64,000 nucleotides of DNA from an uncultured Verrucomicrobiae bacterium (GTDB lineage: Bacteria; Verrucomicrobiota; Verrucomicrobiia; Chthoniobacterales; UBA10450): positions 1 to 64,000 of the forward strand of contig CAWDGJ010000001.1 in the NCBI GenBank assembly GCA_963801815.1, in the 5' to 3' direction. Below, piece by piece: positions 30,024 through 41,994 of this stretch. A model generated the notes under the pieces. That model was given only the letters and a program-made list of their open reading frames with translations. It did no database searches and was not told where the DNA came from. Every line of letters starts with the position of its first letter. Within the stretch, counting starts at the first letter, position 1. Made by a program: the position numbers and the translations under genes.

Positions 30024-30627
30024 ACGGAAAGGCGAGATGACTCTCGGCCCTTCAATGAAGATCATGCCGCTCGATCCTTACAGCACGCTAGGACGCAGCT
30101 GTGAACCCGCTTATCAAGTGGATTCGGCAGCTGGCCCGCGCTGGCGGCCATCGGGCGAGCTGCTCGCCTGCCTGGCCGGGAAGCTCACCCGCGGTCCGGC
30201 CCGATCTGTCCCGGGCCTGATCGGTGACTGGCAGCCGAGGACTCCGGGCGCGCCCAGGAGTGCCGAACTCGGGTATTCACCGGCCGGTTTCGGTCAGCTT
30301 GACCTGCTGAAGCCGACCTGACTGCAGCGGCCCCGCCTGCAGCGGCCCCGGCTGCGACGGGACCTGCTGAAGCAGAATTCCGGGCGCGTCGCGGCGCGCC
30401 GGGCACGTGCGGCTCTTGATCACGCATCGTGCGACCGGGCCCTGAGAACGGATCGGCCCCGGCAAGGTGCCTTCCGGGATGTGCCTGGCGGGTGATTTCC
30501 CTGCCGGGCAGCACCCTCGGTGCGGCACTCCGCCACCGGGGCCGACCCCCCATTCCATCGATCGAGTGCTGCCGCATTCACCCGGGCGATGCCTGACGGG
30601 CGCCCGCCTGGCGAAGACGGCAGAAGG

Positions 30628-30832
30628 TCACTCGGAGCGCTGCTGCGGAATACCCGCGAGCAGTGCACGAACCTCAGTCTCCCGGTACCGCCGGTGTCCC
30701 CCCAGCGTGCGGATCGAGGTCAGTTTGCCAGGCCTTCGCCCACCGCGTGACGGTCTTGGGGTCGACACGGAACATCGTGGCGACCTCCGCGGGCGTCAGC
30801 AGCGGCTCAGCCTCTGGTGTACGTGCGGACAT
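30628..30832 (-). CDS. bldC: BldC developmental regulator (one extra base in this copy)
   Basis: LLTPAEVATMFRVDPKTVTRWAKA; the mirror copy is intact. Confidence 0.9.
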
Positions 30833-31299
30833 ATGCGTGGCCTCTCCTCCTGGACCAGTGGTGCGATCCTGCGTTCCTGTACTGCCTGGTGCTCCTGCGA
30901 AGCGAGTCGGGGATGTCCAGATTTGGCCCGACAAGGACAATATTGCCATCACCAGCGGTGACGCGTCGCCCACCAGGTGCAAGTTTCTGTACCGGAATGC
31001 CCAGTTTCTCCGCAGACTGCTGTCACTCAGGGTAAGTCTAGCGACACTTATCGTCGCATCGCGCCGGATTCACGATAAGCGTCCGGCAAGTATCGGCCGC
31101 CCTCCCCTCCGGAGGTCCCGGGCGTTCTCCTGGTTCCAGAGGAGACGTAGACGCGGAGATACGCGGCGTAGGCCTTCACTGTCGTATCGTGACATACCAG
31201 AACGCCCCAGGACGGTGGTCAGCGGTAACAACATCATCTCTACCGTCGGTTACCGGCCCGTACGGAATGCATCGGGCCTTTCCCGCCCCCTCCGGGCAT

Positions 31300-31354
31300 A
31301 GCAATCTGGGCACCGGAAATGTTTTATTGCCTGTTACTTCGTCAGCGTATTGCT
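31300..31354. other. Nanopore ligation-adapter remnant at the fold-back centre
   Basis: AGCAAT...TTTTATTGCCTGTTACTTCGTCAGCGTATTGCT resembles adapter TTTTTTTTCCTGTACTTCGTTCAGTTACGTATTGCT. Confidence 0.88.
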
Positions 31355-31820
31355 ATGCCCGGAGGGGCGGGAAAGGCCCGATGCATTCCGTACGGGCCGG
31401 TAACCGACGGTAGAGATGATGTTGTTACCCTGACCACCGTCCTGGGGCGTTCTGGTATGTCACGATACGACAGTGAAGGCCTACGCCGCGTATCTCCGCG
31501 TCTACGTCTCCTCTGGAACCAGGAGAACGCCCGGGACCTCCGGAGGGGAGGGCGGCCGATACTTCGCCGGACGCTTATCGTGAATCCGGCGCGATGCGAC
31601 GATAAGTGTCGCTAGACTTACCCTGAGTGATAGCAGTCTGCTGAGAAACTGGGCATTCCGGTACAGAAACTTGCACCTGGTGGGCGACGCGTCACCGCTG
31701 GTGATGGCAATATTGTCCTTGTCGGGCCAAATCTGGACATCCCCGACTCGCTTCGCAGGAGCACCAGGCAGTACAGGAACGCAGGATCGCACCACTGGTC
31801 CAGGAGGAGAGGCCACGCAT

Positions 31821-32024
31821 ATGTCCGCACGTACACCAGAGGCTGAGCCGCTGCTGACGCCCGCGGAGGTCGCCACGATGTTCCGTGTCGACCCCAAGAC
31901 CGTCACGCGGTGGGCGAAGGCCGGCAAACTGACCTCGATCCGCACGCTGGGGGGACACCGGCGGTACCGGGAGACTGAGGTTCGTGCACTGCTCGCGGGT
32001 ATTCCGCAGCAGCGCTCCGAGTGA
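31821..32024 (+). CDS. bldC: BldC (mirror copy, intact frame)
   Basis: MSARTPEAEPLLTPAEVATMFRVDPKTVTRWAKAGKLTSIRTLGGHRRYRETEVRALL. Confidence 0.92.
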   Translation: MSARTPEAEPLLTPAEVATMFRVDPKTVTRWAKAGKLTSIRTLGGHRRYRETEVRALLAGIPQQRSE

Positions 32025-33105
32025 CCTTCTGCCGTCTTCGCCAGGCGGGCGCCCGTCAGGCATCGCCCGGGTGAATGCGGCAGCACTCGATCGATGGAAT
32101 GGGGGGTCGGCCCCGGTGGCGGAGTGCCGCACCGAGGGTGCTGCCCGGCAGGGAAATCACCCGCCAGGCACATCCCGGAAGGCACCTTGCCGGGGCCGAT
32201 CCGTTCTCAGGGCCCGGTCGCACGATGCGTGATCAAGAGCCGCACGTGCCCGGCGCGCCGCGACGCGCCCGGAATTCTGCTTCAGCAGGTCCCGTCGCAG
32301 CCGGGGCCGCTGCAGGCGGGGCCGCTGCAGTCAGGTCGGCTTCAGCAGGTCAAGCTGACCGAAACCGGCCGGTGAATACCCGAGTTCGGCACTCCTGGGC
32401 GCGCCCGGAGTCCTCGGCTGCCAGTCACCGATCAGGCCCGGGACAGATCGGGCCGGACCGCGGGTGAGCTTCCCGGCCAGGCAGGCGAGCAGCTCGCCCG
32501 ATGGCCGCCAGCGCGGGCCAGCTGCCGAATCCACTTGATAAGCGGGTTCACAGCTGCGTCCTAGCGTGCTGTAAGGATCGAGCGGCATGATCTTCATTGA
32601 AGGGCCGAGAGTCATCTCGCCTTTCCGTCTGGGCTCGGGGTGGCCAGGCCCCGCTCCGAGCCCAGGCTTTTTTGCTTTCTGGGCACTGCCTGAGTGCGAT
32701 CCAGGCGTCCTCGTGGCCTGATCCTGGCCGGTAAGGACGCTGAGGCCGGTGAGCGGCGGTGGCCGCAGCGCGGTCGGCCGCGCCGTCGGGCCTTCGTTCG
32801 GTCCCCGTCTACTCCGAGGTGCGCCGGGATCGGTCCTGGGAGTTCTCACAGCGCGGTATGACGGCCCAGTGCCTGCCCCGGCAAGGGCCGGCGGCCCAGG
32901 ATCACCGGGCACAGGAATGCCCCGCGAACCGGGGAGCATCAGGGATCACAGCCCCGGGCACGCGTCGGCCGCCAAGCGGCGACACCTAGCCAGGCCGTCA
33001 TGCCAGCGAGCACGGGCCTGACCACCGGAGGGCACGGACGCCCGGGCGGGATGAGATTCCGGCGGCCGGCCTCGGTCCCCGATGATTTATGACACTGCAG
33101 ATGAG

Positions 33106-34758
33106 CTACGTCGTCGGTGTCGGGGTTGGTGTCGGCGTTGGTGTCGGGGTGGGGGTCGGGGTGGGGGGCGGCGTGCGCGTGCGCGTAGGCGTGGGCGTGG
33201 GCGTGGGCGAGGAGGCGGACGCTGTCGGGCTGCTGCTGTGTACCGGGGACGGGGAGGGCGTGCTCTTCGCTCGCGTCTGTGCCGCCAGGCTGGCGGCCTG
33301 ACTTCTGGTCGCAGACGGTGCGGGTCCACTGGTGGGGCCTGACTTCTTCTTGCTGTGCGGCTTCGGGCTAGTGACGCCAGCCGACTGGCCGGGAACTGGC
33401 GTGCTGCCCGCGCTCTGCGTCGTTTCCGGTGACGCCGTGGAGTGACGGAGAGCGTCGGCAAGTTTAGGGGAAGCCACCGCGGCCACCCCGGCGACTAGCA
33501 GCAGAACCAGGGCCGCAGCAGCCAGGACCTCTTTGCGCGGGCGGTGCCGCACCGGCTCGTCCTCGGTGTCCTCGTAGCCGGAGAGCATCGTGGACATCTG
33601 CGGCCGTTCCGGCGGTACGGCCGGCAGCTGGGTATAGGTGGCCACGCTCTCTTCAGAGGGCCTGGGCGCTGCGGCGAGAAAACGCGCCGCACCCAGGGCG
33701 ACCGTGGTTTTGGGGTCGGCGTCAATCGCCGGTGCCCGGCCGAACTCGGCCGAGATCAGCTGGGAGACGAGCGGGATCCGGGAGGATCCCCCCACCAGCA
33801 GGATCGCGTCCAGCTGCGTGCCGTCGACGGCTGCCGACTCCAGGGCCCGGCGCAACGCCTCGATGGTCCGGTCCAGTTCGGGCCGGATCATTTCCTCAAA
33901 TTCGGCCCGGGTCACCCGGACCCGCTGCCGCACGCCGCCGAGCTCCACCGGGATGGTGGTGTCGGTGTCCACCGATAGGGTTTCCTTCGCCTCGGTGCAC
34001 GCGCGGCGCAGCCGGGCAACCTCGGGAACGATGCGCGGATCGTTCGGGTTGATCTGGGTCAGCGGCACCCCGGCGGCGGCGCATACATGCTCGAACAGCA
34101 TCTCGTCAAAGGTGACCCCGCCGAGCCCGTCGATCCCTTCGGGCTTTCCGAGGAGCGTGAACGCGGTCGGTGAGTCCTTACGGATAACGGCGGCGTCGAA
34201 GGTCCCCCCGCCCAGGTCGTACACGGCCAGACGGGCGCCGGTCTCGACCTGCGCCCGGCTGGCGTATCCGATCGCGGCGGCCTGCGGTTCGCTCAGCAGC
34301 TCCATCTTGCCCAGCCGCGTCATCTCGCCGATGCGGGCGGCTCGCATAGCCTGCTCGAACAGGCTTATCTTGTACGGTCCCCAGCTGGCCGGGTAGGTGA
34401 GCGCGACGCTTTCGGGCAGTCCGGCTTCCCGTTCGTTGACCTGCTGCCATACCCGGTGGACGAGTACCGCGGCAAGATCTTGAGCCTGCCATGGCACCCC
34501 GCCCACCAGCAGCGGGATCTCATCACCGATCCGCCGCTTGAACTCCCGTACCACGCGGTCGGGGTCGGTGAGCGCGTAGCGCTCCGCGGCCTCTCCGACC
34601 AGCAGTGAGCCGTCTCCAGCCAGGAACAGCACCGACGGTACGGCGGGCGAGCGGCTGCCCAGCGGAACGACCTGGGTTTCCAGCTCACCCATCGCCGGCC
34701 GGCATAGCGCAGCGGCCGTGTACGTCGTGCCGAGGTCGATCCCCAGCCAGTACGTCAT
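33106..34758 (-). CDS. Hsp70-family protein (mirror copy, intact frame)
   Basis: Reverse complement of 27883-29546. Confidence 0.85.
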   Translation of the reverse strand: MTYWLGIDLGTTYTAAALCRPAMGELETQVVPLGSRSPAVPSVLFLAGDGSLLVGEAAERYALTDPDRVVREFKRRIGDEIPLLVGGVPWQAQDLAAVLVHRVWQQVNEREAGLPESVALTYPASWGPYKISLFEQAMRAARIGEMTRLGKMELLSEPQAAAIGYASRAQVETGARLAVYDLGGGTFDAAVIRKDSPTAFTLLGKPEGIDGLGGVTFDEMLFEHVCAAAGVPLTQINPNDPRIVPEVARLRRACTEAKETLSVDTDTTIPVELGGVRQRVRVTRAEFEEMIRPELDRTIEALRRALESAAVDGTQLDAILLVGGSSRIPLVSQLISAEFGRAPAIDADPKTTVALGAARFLAAAPRPSEESVATYTQLPAVPPERPQMSTMLSGYEDTEDEPVRHRPRKEVLAAAALVLLLVAGVAAVASPKLADALRHSTASPETTQSAGSTPVPGQSAGVTSPKPHSKKKSGPTSGPAPSATRSQAASLAAQTRAKSTPSPSPVHSSSPTASASSPTPTPTPTRTRTPPPTPTPTPTPTPTPTPTPTT

Positions 34759-35077
34759 TGTCATCATCCTCCCGCGCGGGCGCCCCCCGCACCCATGGGC
34801 GCGTCCAGGAAACCTTCCGGAAACGTCCTGAAAGAGAGACGCCGATCCGGGCCGTCGCGTTGGCGCGGGCAACCCCCCTTCCTGATTAGGGGATCGGGGG
34901 CGGCGGAGGCAAAATCCCCTAATCCCCTAATGGGGGAATCGCTCGAATCCCCTAACGGCGCCCCGGAGATGGCGGGTTGCTCCCCGATTGCGGCGGCGCG
35001 GTCGGTCCCTAGATTTACCGAAGCGCCCGGACACCCGGTCCGTCCGCTCATCTGGCGATATCGAGGAAATAGCTGCG

Positions 35078-37775
35078 ATGACCGCCGCGACCTCGTTGCT
35101 GGACTTCATCCTGAACTTGCTGAAAGATCCGCAAGCTCATGCGGAGTTCCGCGCGAGTCCCGAGCACGTGCTGGCCGCCAACGGCCTCACTGGCGTGTCT
35201 GCTGCGGACATCCGCGGGACGTTGCCGTTGGTGACGGACAACCGGTACGTTGGGCTGAACAGCGGCCACCACCTCGTCTCGCTGTCGGCCGCGTCGCCCT
35301 CGGGCGACAGTGGCGCTCGCGCTGTCATCCATTACCTGCACCGCATCACCCGCACCTACCGGTACGACGATCACGGCTCCCACGCCCACGACCCGGGGCA
35401 CGGAAACATCTGGGCCATGGACGGTGTGACGCATAGCGGCCCCGCGCCCGGCCCTGGCGGCGAGTCCGGTGCCGGTCGCTGGATGGGCGGGCAGCACGAG
35501 AATTTCGACCTGCACGGCTTCGGCTCCGGGGCCGCCATGACCGCGGTGGGCGGTACTGACATCCCGGCCGGTAGCTCCGGTGAAATCGTCGGCTCGCACG
35601 ACAGCATCGGCTTTCGCCACACGGACTCCGGCGGCGCCGCTAGCCAGGCGGGCGCGGACGACTGGCACGCGCACGACGCCAACGACAGCCTCGGCGACAG
35701 CTATTACGGCCACGACAGCTATTACGGCCACGACAGCGTGCCCGGCACTCACGACCCCCCGGACTGCATTATATCTGGACCTGCGCTGATAGGAGGATCT
35801 CTACCCTGGCATGACGAAGCGGTAAGCCGCTTGACGCATTGACCGGTCCGACTGCGCCTGCAACCGGACAGCCTCCTTCAGAGAGAAAAGAGTAACCATG
35901 GAGCACACCCTGGACTCCCACCGCGTGGACCACTGCCCCGTGGACCACTGCGCCTTGGAGTAGCGACCCGTCGGCCACGACGACTACCACTACCGACGAT
36001 CACCATCACGACGGCACCCCCCCGGCCGGCGACCCGCCGACCACTACTACTCCGACGATCACCATCACGACGGCACCCCCCCGGCAGGCGACCCGTCGGC
36101 CACCACTACTACCACCCCGTGGACCACGGCCCCGTGGACTACCGTCCCTTGGGGTAGCGACCCGTCGTCCAGCGACCCGTCGTCCAACAGCAGCGATCCC
36201 AGTCACCACGACCACCACTGGAGCTTCGGTAGCGGCACCGACCCCGCAGCCACCAGCAGCGACCCCTGCCACCACGACCACCACTGGAGCTTCGGTAGCG
36301 GGGATCCCACGGCGGCTGCAACCACGACGACTGCCTCTGTCACCACCAGCACCACCACGCCCGACGGGTGGGGCCACGAGCATCACCACCACAAGCACCA
36401 CCATCACCACCACCATCACCACCACGAGCACCACCAGGACCTGCCCAGGACCCGACGACCCAGGGGCAGCGCAGGACCCGCCGCAGGCGCGAGACCCAGG
36501 ACCAGCACCACCGATCACCACTTCGACCACGGCTTGGACATGCATGTGATCGTGAGCTGCTGACTCAGCGGGATTGTCCTTCTGTGGCCCACCCGGCATA
36601 CCCGGGTGGGCCACGAGAACGCATTCAGGCGCCGATCGAGCAACGCGCCAGCTACGTCTCCGAGGTCGGGAATCCGGGCAACCACGCGGGGTGAAGTACG
36701 CGGAGGCCGGGATTCCCTGATTCGGGATCGGGGGCGGCTGAGGTCAGGTCCCCCTAATCCCCTGATGGGGAAATCGCCGGATCCCTGGGGCCCCGGAGAT
36801 GGCGGGTTGATCCCCGATTGCCGGCGGTGCGGCGCAGGTCCCTGGATTACCAAAACGTCCGGTCACCCGGTCCGTACGCTCATCTGGCGATATCGCTCAT
36901 CTGGCGATGGGGAAATCGCTTGAGATGACCGCTGCGACCTCGTTGCTGGACTTCATCCTGAACTTGCTGAAAGATCCGCAGCTCCGGCGGAGTTCCGCGC
37001 GAGTCCCGAGCACGTGCTGGCCGCGAGCGGCCTCGCTGGCGTGTTGCTGCGGACATCCGCGGGACGTTGCCGCTGGTGACGGACAACCGGTACGTCGAGC
37101 TGAACAGCAGCAACCACCTCGCCTCGCCGCCGGTCATGCCGCCGGGGGGCGACGGTGGCATGCGCGTTGTCGTCCGTTACCTGCACCACGTCACCCGCAC
37201 GTACCGGTACGACGACCACGGCACCCATGACCCCGGGCACGGGAACATCTGGGCCGTCGGCGACGGCACGAAGGACTTCGATGGCGGCCACGGGGTGACG
37301 GACGGCCCCGCTCCCGGCCCGCGCGACGGGCACCGTGCCGGTCGCTGGATGGGCGACGGCCACGAGCGCTCAGGCCACGACGGCGACTTCGGTTACGGTG
37401 ACCCCACCCATAGCCTGAGCCACGGCGACATGCAGGATGGCCCGGCCGGAAACGCGTACGGCAGCCGTTTCCGCTACTCAACCACGACCATGGCCACGGC
37501 CACGGCCACGGCCTGCACGGCTTCGGCTCCGGTGCCGCCACGACCTCGGTCGGTCCGGCCGCTTCTCCGGTGACGCCGGTGGCTCGCACGACGGCACCGG
37601 CTTTCATCCCGCGAGCTCGGTGGGCCCGCCGCCAGGCAGGCCCGGACGACTTCACACGCACGACGCTCGCAGGCGGCTCGGGGTGATGCCGCTGCGGCCA
37701 GGACGCTATTCTCGGCCAGGGCGCCGACCACGGCGTCCACGCCCTCCGGAGCCGCACATATCTCGACCTGCACTG
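35078..37775 (+). other. Error-rich mirror copies of IniB-2, the His-rich protein and IniB-1
   Basis: Reverse complement of 24848-27563 with many indels. Confidence 0.85.
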
Positions 37776-37901
37776 AGTCGGCGACCGCGGCGGCCCGGAT
37801 CAACTGTCGGCCAGGATCGCGGCGACCTAGAACTAGCCCGCTGGTACGCGAAGCGGCAACGCCACTTAACCATTCGATCTGCCCGGCTCTAAATCGGGCA
37901 G

Positions 37902-37955
37902 ATTTCTGGCAATTGGTGGTTTTTTTTTTTTTTTTTTTGTTGCCGACGTATTGCT
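37902..37955. other. Second adapter-like junction joining two organisms
   Basis: GCAAT...poly-T...ACGTATTGCT; abrupt drop in GC content and change in gene style. Confidence 0.88.
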
Positions 37956-38553
37956 GGATTCGCGCGGCCGAATGGACTGGTTTCGGCAATCGTGCCAGCG
38001 CGCGTTGGATTCCTCCGCGATCGAACGCGAACGCGATCTCGACGAAGCCTGGCGAATTTCCGGTGCCGGCGCGTTGCGTGGGCGAGCGTCCGCGGTTTTG
38101 CGCGAACTCTGGAACTGGCGCGATAAGGAAGCCGAAGCGGCCGATCGTCCACCGTTTCACATTTTGCAAAATCGCGAGCTTATATTCTCGGCGCAGCAGT
38201 TCGCAGCCGGCGAATCGTCTGATTACAAGCATTTCTCCGATCGTCGTCGCCGTACCTTTCTAGAAGCAGCGAAACGGGGGATGGAGTTACCCGAGAAAGA
38301 TTGGCCGGTCAGGCCGCGGCGTTCCGGCACACGCCCAACCGCCGAAGTGATCAAGCGAGTCGAAAAACTTCGCCAAAATCGGGATCACGCCGCGAAAGAG
38401 TTACACATCGAGTCCTCGTTTATCGCCCCGCGCGCAACTCTCGAAGCCATCGGCGCCGATTCATCTAAATCCGATGCCATGCTCGTTCCCTGGCAGCGCG
38501 AGGTGCTGCGCATCTCAGAAATCAGAGATCACCAGTCAGCGGTCCGTCAATAA
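37956..38553 (+). CDS. rnd: Ribonuclease D C-terminal part (HRDC), 5'-truncated
   Basis: LRELWNWRDKEAEAADRPPFHIL; RDHAAKELHIESSFIAPR. Confidence 0.8.
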
Positions 38554-38635
38554 GAAAGAGATAAGCGGATCGCCACGAGCTAAGTTGTTTTAAAATGGTC
38601 TCGCGGCCAGTCGATCGTGAGGGATCGTCTAACAA

Positions 38636-40264
38636 TCAGTCGACGTATTTTTGGGCGATGGGCATGCGGCGGCCGAGACCGAACGCTCGGGAGGTGACTT
38701 TCAATCCGGGTGCGGCCTGTTCGCGTTTGTATTCATTCAAATCCACTCGGCGCTGGACCCAGCGCACCGTTTTTTCATCGAAGCCGTGAGCAATGACGTC
38801 GCGCGCGCTCAAATTTTCTTCGACGTAAAGGCGCAGGATTTCGTCGAGGATTTCATACGGCGGCAAGGTGTCCTGGTCCTTCTGGTTCGGTTTCAACTCT
38901 GCACTGGGCGGTTTTTCGATTGTCGACTTCGGGATGATTTCCTTTTCGCGGTTTATCCAGCGCGCGAGATCATAAATCATGGTCTTGGGCACATCGCTGA
39001 TCACTGCCAGTCCTCCGGCCATGTCGCCGTAAATCGTACAGTAGCCAACTGCGAGCTCGCTCTTATTGCCGGTCGAAAGGACCAAATGGCCAAACTTGTT
39101 CGACAGAGCCATCAGAGTCATCGCCCGCAAACGCGGCTGCATATTCTCCTCGGTTTCGTTTTCCGGCCGACCGGAAAAGATTTCCTCAAACTGGCTTTTG
39201 AACACGGCGAAAGTTTCAGCGATTGGGATATGCAACAATTTGATCCCGAGATTTTCGGCAAGTTTTTTCGCGTCATCAATGCTGCCGCGGGACGAATACT
39301 GGCTCGGCATCGAAACGCCGACTACGTTTTCGGGCCCGAGTGCGTCAGCGGCAATGGCCGCGACGACCGCGGAATCGACTCCGCCGCTGAGCCCGAGCAC
39401 CGCCGATTTGAAACCGCACTTTCGCAAATAATCACGCAGGCCTAACGAAAGCGCGTTGAAGAGCTGTTTCGGCGTTGATTCTTCGTGGAATTCAAACGCA
39501 GCGGTTGAATCGGTATCGACGACTTCTTCGTGCTGGCGGAAAGCGGGTAATTGCGCGAGCAATTTGCCAGACGCATTTACCGCGATGGAATTTCCGTCGA
39601 AGACAAGCTGGTCGTTACCGCCGACGGCATTGCAATAAAAGATTGGCCGTTTGTAGGTGCGGGCCAGTGTGGCGACCATTTCGTAACGAATCGCCGGCTT
39701 ATGCAACGTGAACGGCGACGCGCTCAGATTCAGAATGATCTCCGCGCCTTGCTCGATCAGACTTCGCGTGGGCTCGCAATCATAGAGCGGGCGGGGGAGA
39801 TAATGTTCGGTCCAGATATCTTCACAAATCGTGACGCCGATTTTCTTTCCGCCGCAATCGAACGGTTCAATTTTGGCCGCGGGTTGAAAATAGCGGTCTT
39901 CGTCGAAGACATCGTAGGTCGGCAAGAGCGATTTATGGGCGACACGGCCCGGTTTGCCGCGCTCGAGTAATGCGGCGGCATTGTGAAACGGGCGGCCACG
40001 GCCTTCGTTTCGATCGACAAATCCGACGAGCAGCGCGGCGCTGCCGACGCGGGCATGAAGTTGTTTCACGATCTCGAGCGTTTCGGGAACGAACCGCGAT
40101 TTGAAAACCAAGTCCTGGGGTGGATAGCCGGTAACTGCGAGCTCGGGCGTAATGACAAGGTCGGCGCCGGCGGTGGCGAGACGTTCGTAAGACTGAACGA
40201 TTTTGTCGAAGTTACCCCGCAAATCGCCAACCGTTGGATTAAGCTGCGCAAAACCAATCTTCAC
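38636..40264 (-). CDS. nadE: Glutamine-dependent NAD+ synthetase
   Basis: Nitrilase domain (PELAVTGYPP, ICEDIW) plus SGGVDS, TGNKSE, PPSAEL. Confidence 0.95.
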   Translation of the reverse strand: MKIGFAQLNPTVGDLRGNFDKIVQSYERLATAGADLVITPELAVTGYPPQDLVFKSRFVPETLEIVKQLHARVGSAALLVGFVDRNEGRGRPFHNAAALLERGKPGRVAHKSLLPTYDVFDEDRYFQPAAKIEPFDCGGKKIGVTICEDIWTEHYLPRPLYDCEPTRSLIEQGAEIILNLSASPFTLHKPAIRYEMVATLARTYKRPIFYCNAVGGNDQLVFDGNSIAVNASGKLLAQLPAFRQHEEVVDTDSTAAFEFHEESTPKQLFNALSLGLRDYLRKCGFKSAVLGLSGGVDSAVVAAIAADALGPENVVGVSMPSQYSSRGSIDDAKKLAENLGIKLLHIPIAETFAVFKSQFEEIFSGRPENETEENMQPRLRAMTLMALSNKFGHLVLSTGNKSELAVGYCTIYGDMAGGLAVISDVPKTMIYDLARWINREKEIIPKSTIEKPPSAELKPNQKDQDTLPPYEILDEILRLYVEENLSARDVIAHGFDEKTVRWVQRRVDLNEYKREQAAPGLKVTSRAFGLGRRMPIAQKYVD

Positions 40265-40360
40265 GCTGGTTTAATACAGTTTAATTAAGGCTCAGATGCA
40301 AGGTGCGTTGCGCACTTGTCGAGCCTGCGTGCCCGGAGCAATATCGGTTTAGGGTGCCCG

Positions 40361-40519
40361 TTAGGGCGAGGACATCACCGCGTGGTGTTGGTACCCCTTA
40401 TTTAGAGCATCGTCGGCCCCTTCGACGAACACCTTTGCCCATTGAATGAGCGAGGCGGCAAGGAATCCGGCGACAGCACAGATGATGACTTTCTGGAAAA
40501 AGGTAGCTTGCACGGGCAT
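40361..40519 (-). CDS. Small membrane protein
   Basis: 52 aa with one hydrophobic helix. Confidence 0.4.
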   Translation of the reverse strand: MPVQATFFQKVIICAVAGFLAASLIQWAKVFVEGADDALNKGYQHHAVMSSP

Positions 40520-40718
40520 TTTAACAGCAGCGAAGGTGCCAGAACGCGCAATCTTTACCGGGAGATTGGTCTTCCTCCCTGCATTCCTGATACAGCGCGG
40601 TAACGGCCAGACTCGGCGGGCGGACAACCGTTTAAGCGGTTTCCTGGCGACAGGTGCTGCAAACCCCGGCCTAATGTCCGGTGTTAATCGGGCACGGGAG
40701 TTGCGGATTTCAAAGGCG

Positions 40719-40967
40719 ATGTCTGAACCCGTTAAGCTCGACCCCAAGACCGCCGAAGCGGAGCAATTGACCCGTCTGCTCGAGTTAGAGTTGCTTCAAA
40801 AGCGGACGAGTTGGAAACAAGCGAAACAACGCAACAAATCCCTCCGCTCCGCAGCGTTCCTGTTTCTATTTTTGCTCATCACCGGCTGCTTCCTGGGCTT
40901 TTTCTTCGCTTACACGCGCGTCAGCGAGCGAAGAGCCAAGCCGCCACCATCAGTGTCCGACCATTGA
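40719..40967 (+). CDS. Small membrane protein
   Basis: MSEPVKLDPK..., C-terminal TM helix. Confidence 0.7.
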   Translation: MSEPVKLDPKTAEAEQLTRLLELELLQKRTSWKQAKQRNKSLRSAAFLFLFLLITGCFLGFFFAYTRVSERRAKPPPSVSDH

Positions 40968-40991
40968 GGTCGAACCTGCACGCAGCAGCGA

Positions 40992-41864
40992 TCATTCGGA
41001 CGCCCACGGGAGTCGAAAATGACCTGGCTTCTTCGCTTCAGCCAAGCGCGTTTTGCCTTTGCGATCGTTGATGACGAACGTGTTGTTCTCACCCAACTTC
41101 GACCACGGCCCGCGCGGCACGTCCTTGAATTCGACGAACTGCCAGTCTGTCACGTCGGTTTCGTTTAACCCCAGGTAATCGCGCACCGCGGGCGAGACGT
41201 CGAGGCCGGCGCCCTTGTTCAGGTTCGGTTTAGGACGTTCGTTGCCGAAAACATATTGCCAGTGATCGGTGCGGAACGGTCCGGCGTCTTCCCACTGTGC
41301 GTACGCGACCTTGTTTCCTTTACGAATCGCGATCCAGCGGTCTTTGCACACCGAAACTCCCGGGCCTTGGTAAGCAGCATTGAACCAGGGAACGATCCTC
41401 GCTGCTTCCGGCCGGTGGCCAGTCGAGGCTTTGTCATTGTAAGGGAGCGCGCAGTAAAATGGGTTTTGGCGGGGCGTGAAGTTTGCCGGAGTATAATCGC
41501 TTCGATGCGCAGGATTCGGGTCGTCGAAACCGCCGTAACTTCTGGACCACTCTTTATCCCACGAGCTTGCTCGATTCGGCACGGGGTTATTCCCGGCCGG
41601 CTTCTCGCCAATCCAGAAGATTGTGGTCACAATCTGTTGCTTCCACGGGTACCGAGTGCCAGGCGAAGGCGGCCCCGATCTCAAATGGTTCGGTGCAAAG
41701 GCGAGGGAATTAATGCTGACGATGGATTCGTCCGATTTTGTGTCGGACTTCTTGGTTAGCTTCGTCTTGATCGGCTCTTCTTTGGTCATGATCCCATGAC
41801 CAAACAGGGCCGAGACCGACGAGAGCAAAGCGGCAATAGTATGTGTAATTTTTCCAGGTTTCAT
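40992..41864 (-). CDS. Exported protein, possible double-psi beta-barrel (RlpA-like) fold
   Basis: Signal-like N-terminus; FYCALP, WEDAGPF, GLDVSPAV motifs. Confidence 0.7.
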   Translation of the reverse strand: MKPGKITHTIAALLSSVSALFGHGIMTKEEPIKTKLTKKSDTKSDESIVSINSLAFAPNHLRSGPPSPGTRYPWKQQIVTTIFWIGEKPAGNNPVPNRASSWDKEWSRSYGGFDDPNPAHRSDYTPANFTPRQNPFYCALPYNDKASTGHRPEAARIVPWFNAAYQGPGVSVCKDRWIAIRKGNKVAYAQWEDAGPFRTDHWQYVFGNERPKPNLNKGAGLDVSPAVRDYLGLNETDVTDWQFVEFKDVPRGPWSKLGENNTFVINDRKGKTRLAEAKKPGHFRLPWASE

Positions 41865-41994
41865 GAAACACGGGCAGCACAACGCGCTGCATATGGTTTG
41901 ACGCTACGCCAGGCGAAAAATTCGAACCAGACCGCGCCAGCGGCCTGAGCCTTAATCAGCGAAGCGAGATGGTGACTTTCGACGTAAATGCCAC

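Larger units (their letters stand above)
24722..37901. repeat. About 6.6-kb inverted duplication (24722-31299 / 31355-37901), nanopore template+complement artefact
   Basis: Mirror ORFs on both sides; adapter-like spacer; error rate rises along the right arm. Confidence 0.92.

Noticed and set aside
24722..37901. Genuine giant palindrome, hairpin telomere or inverted gene amplification
   Set aside because: The spacer matches a nanopore adapter, and the arms differ by read-type indels that increase with distance
37902..37955. Horizontal transfer between an actinobacterium and a verrucomicrobium
   Set aside because: The junction is poly-T plus adapter-like ACGTATTGCT and cuts rnd mid-gene; no mobility signature
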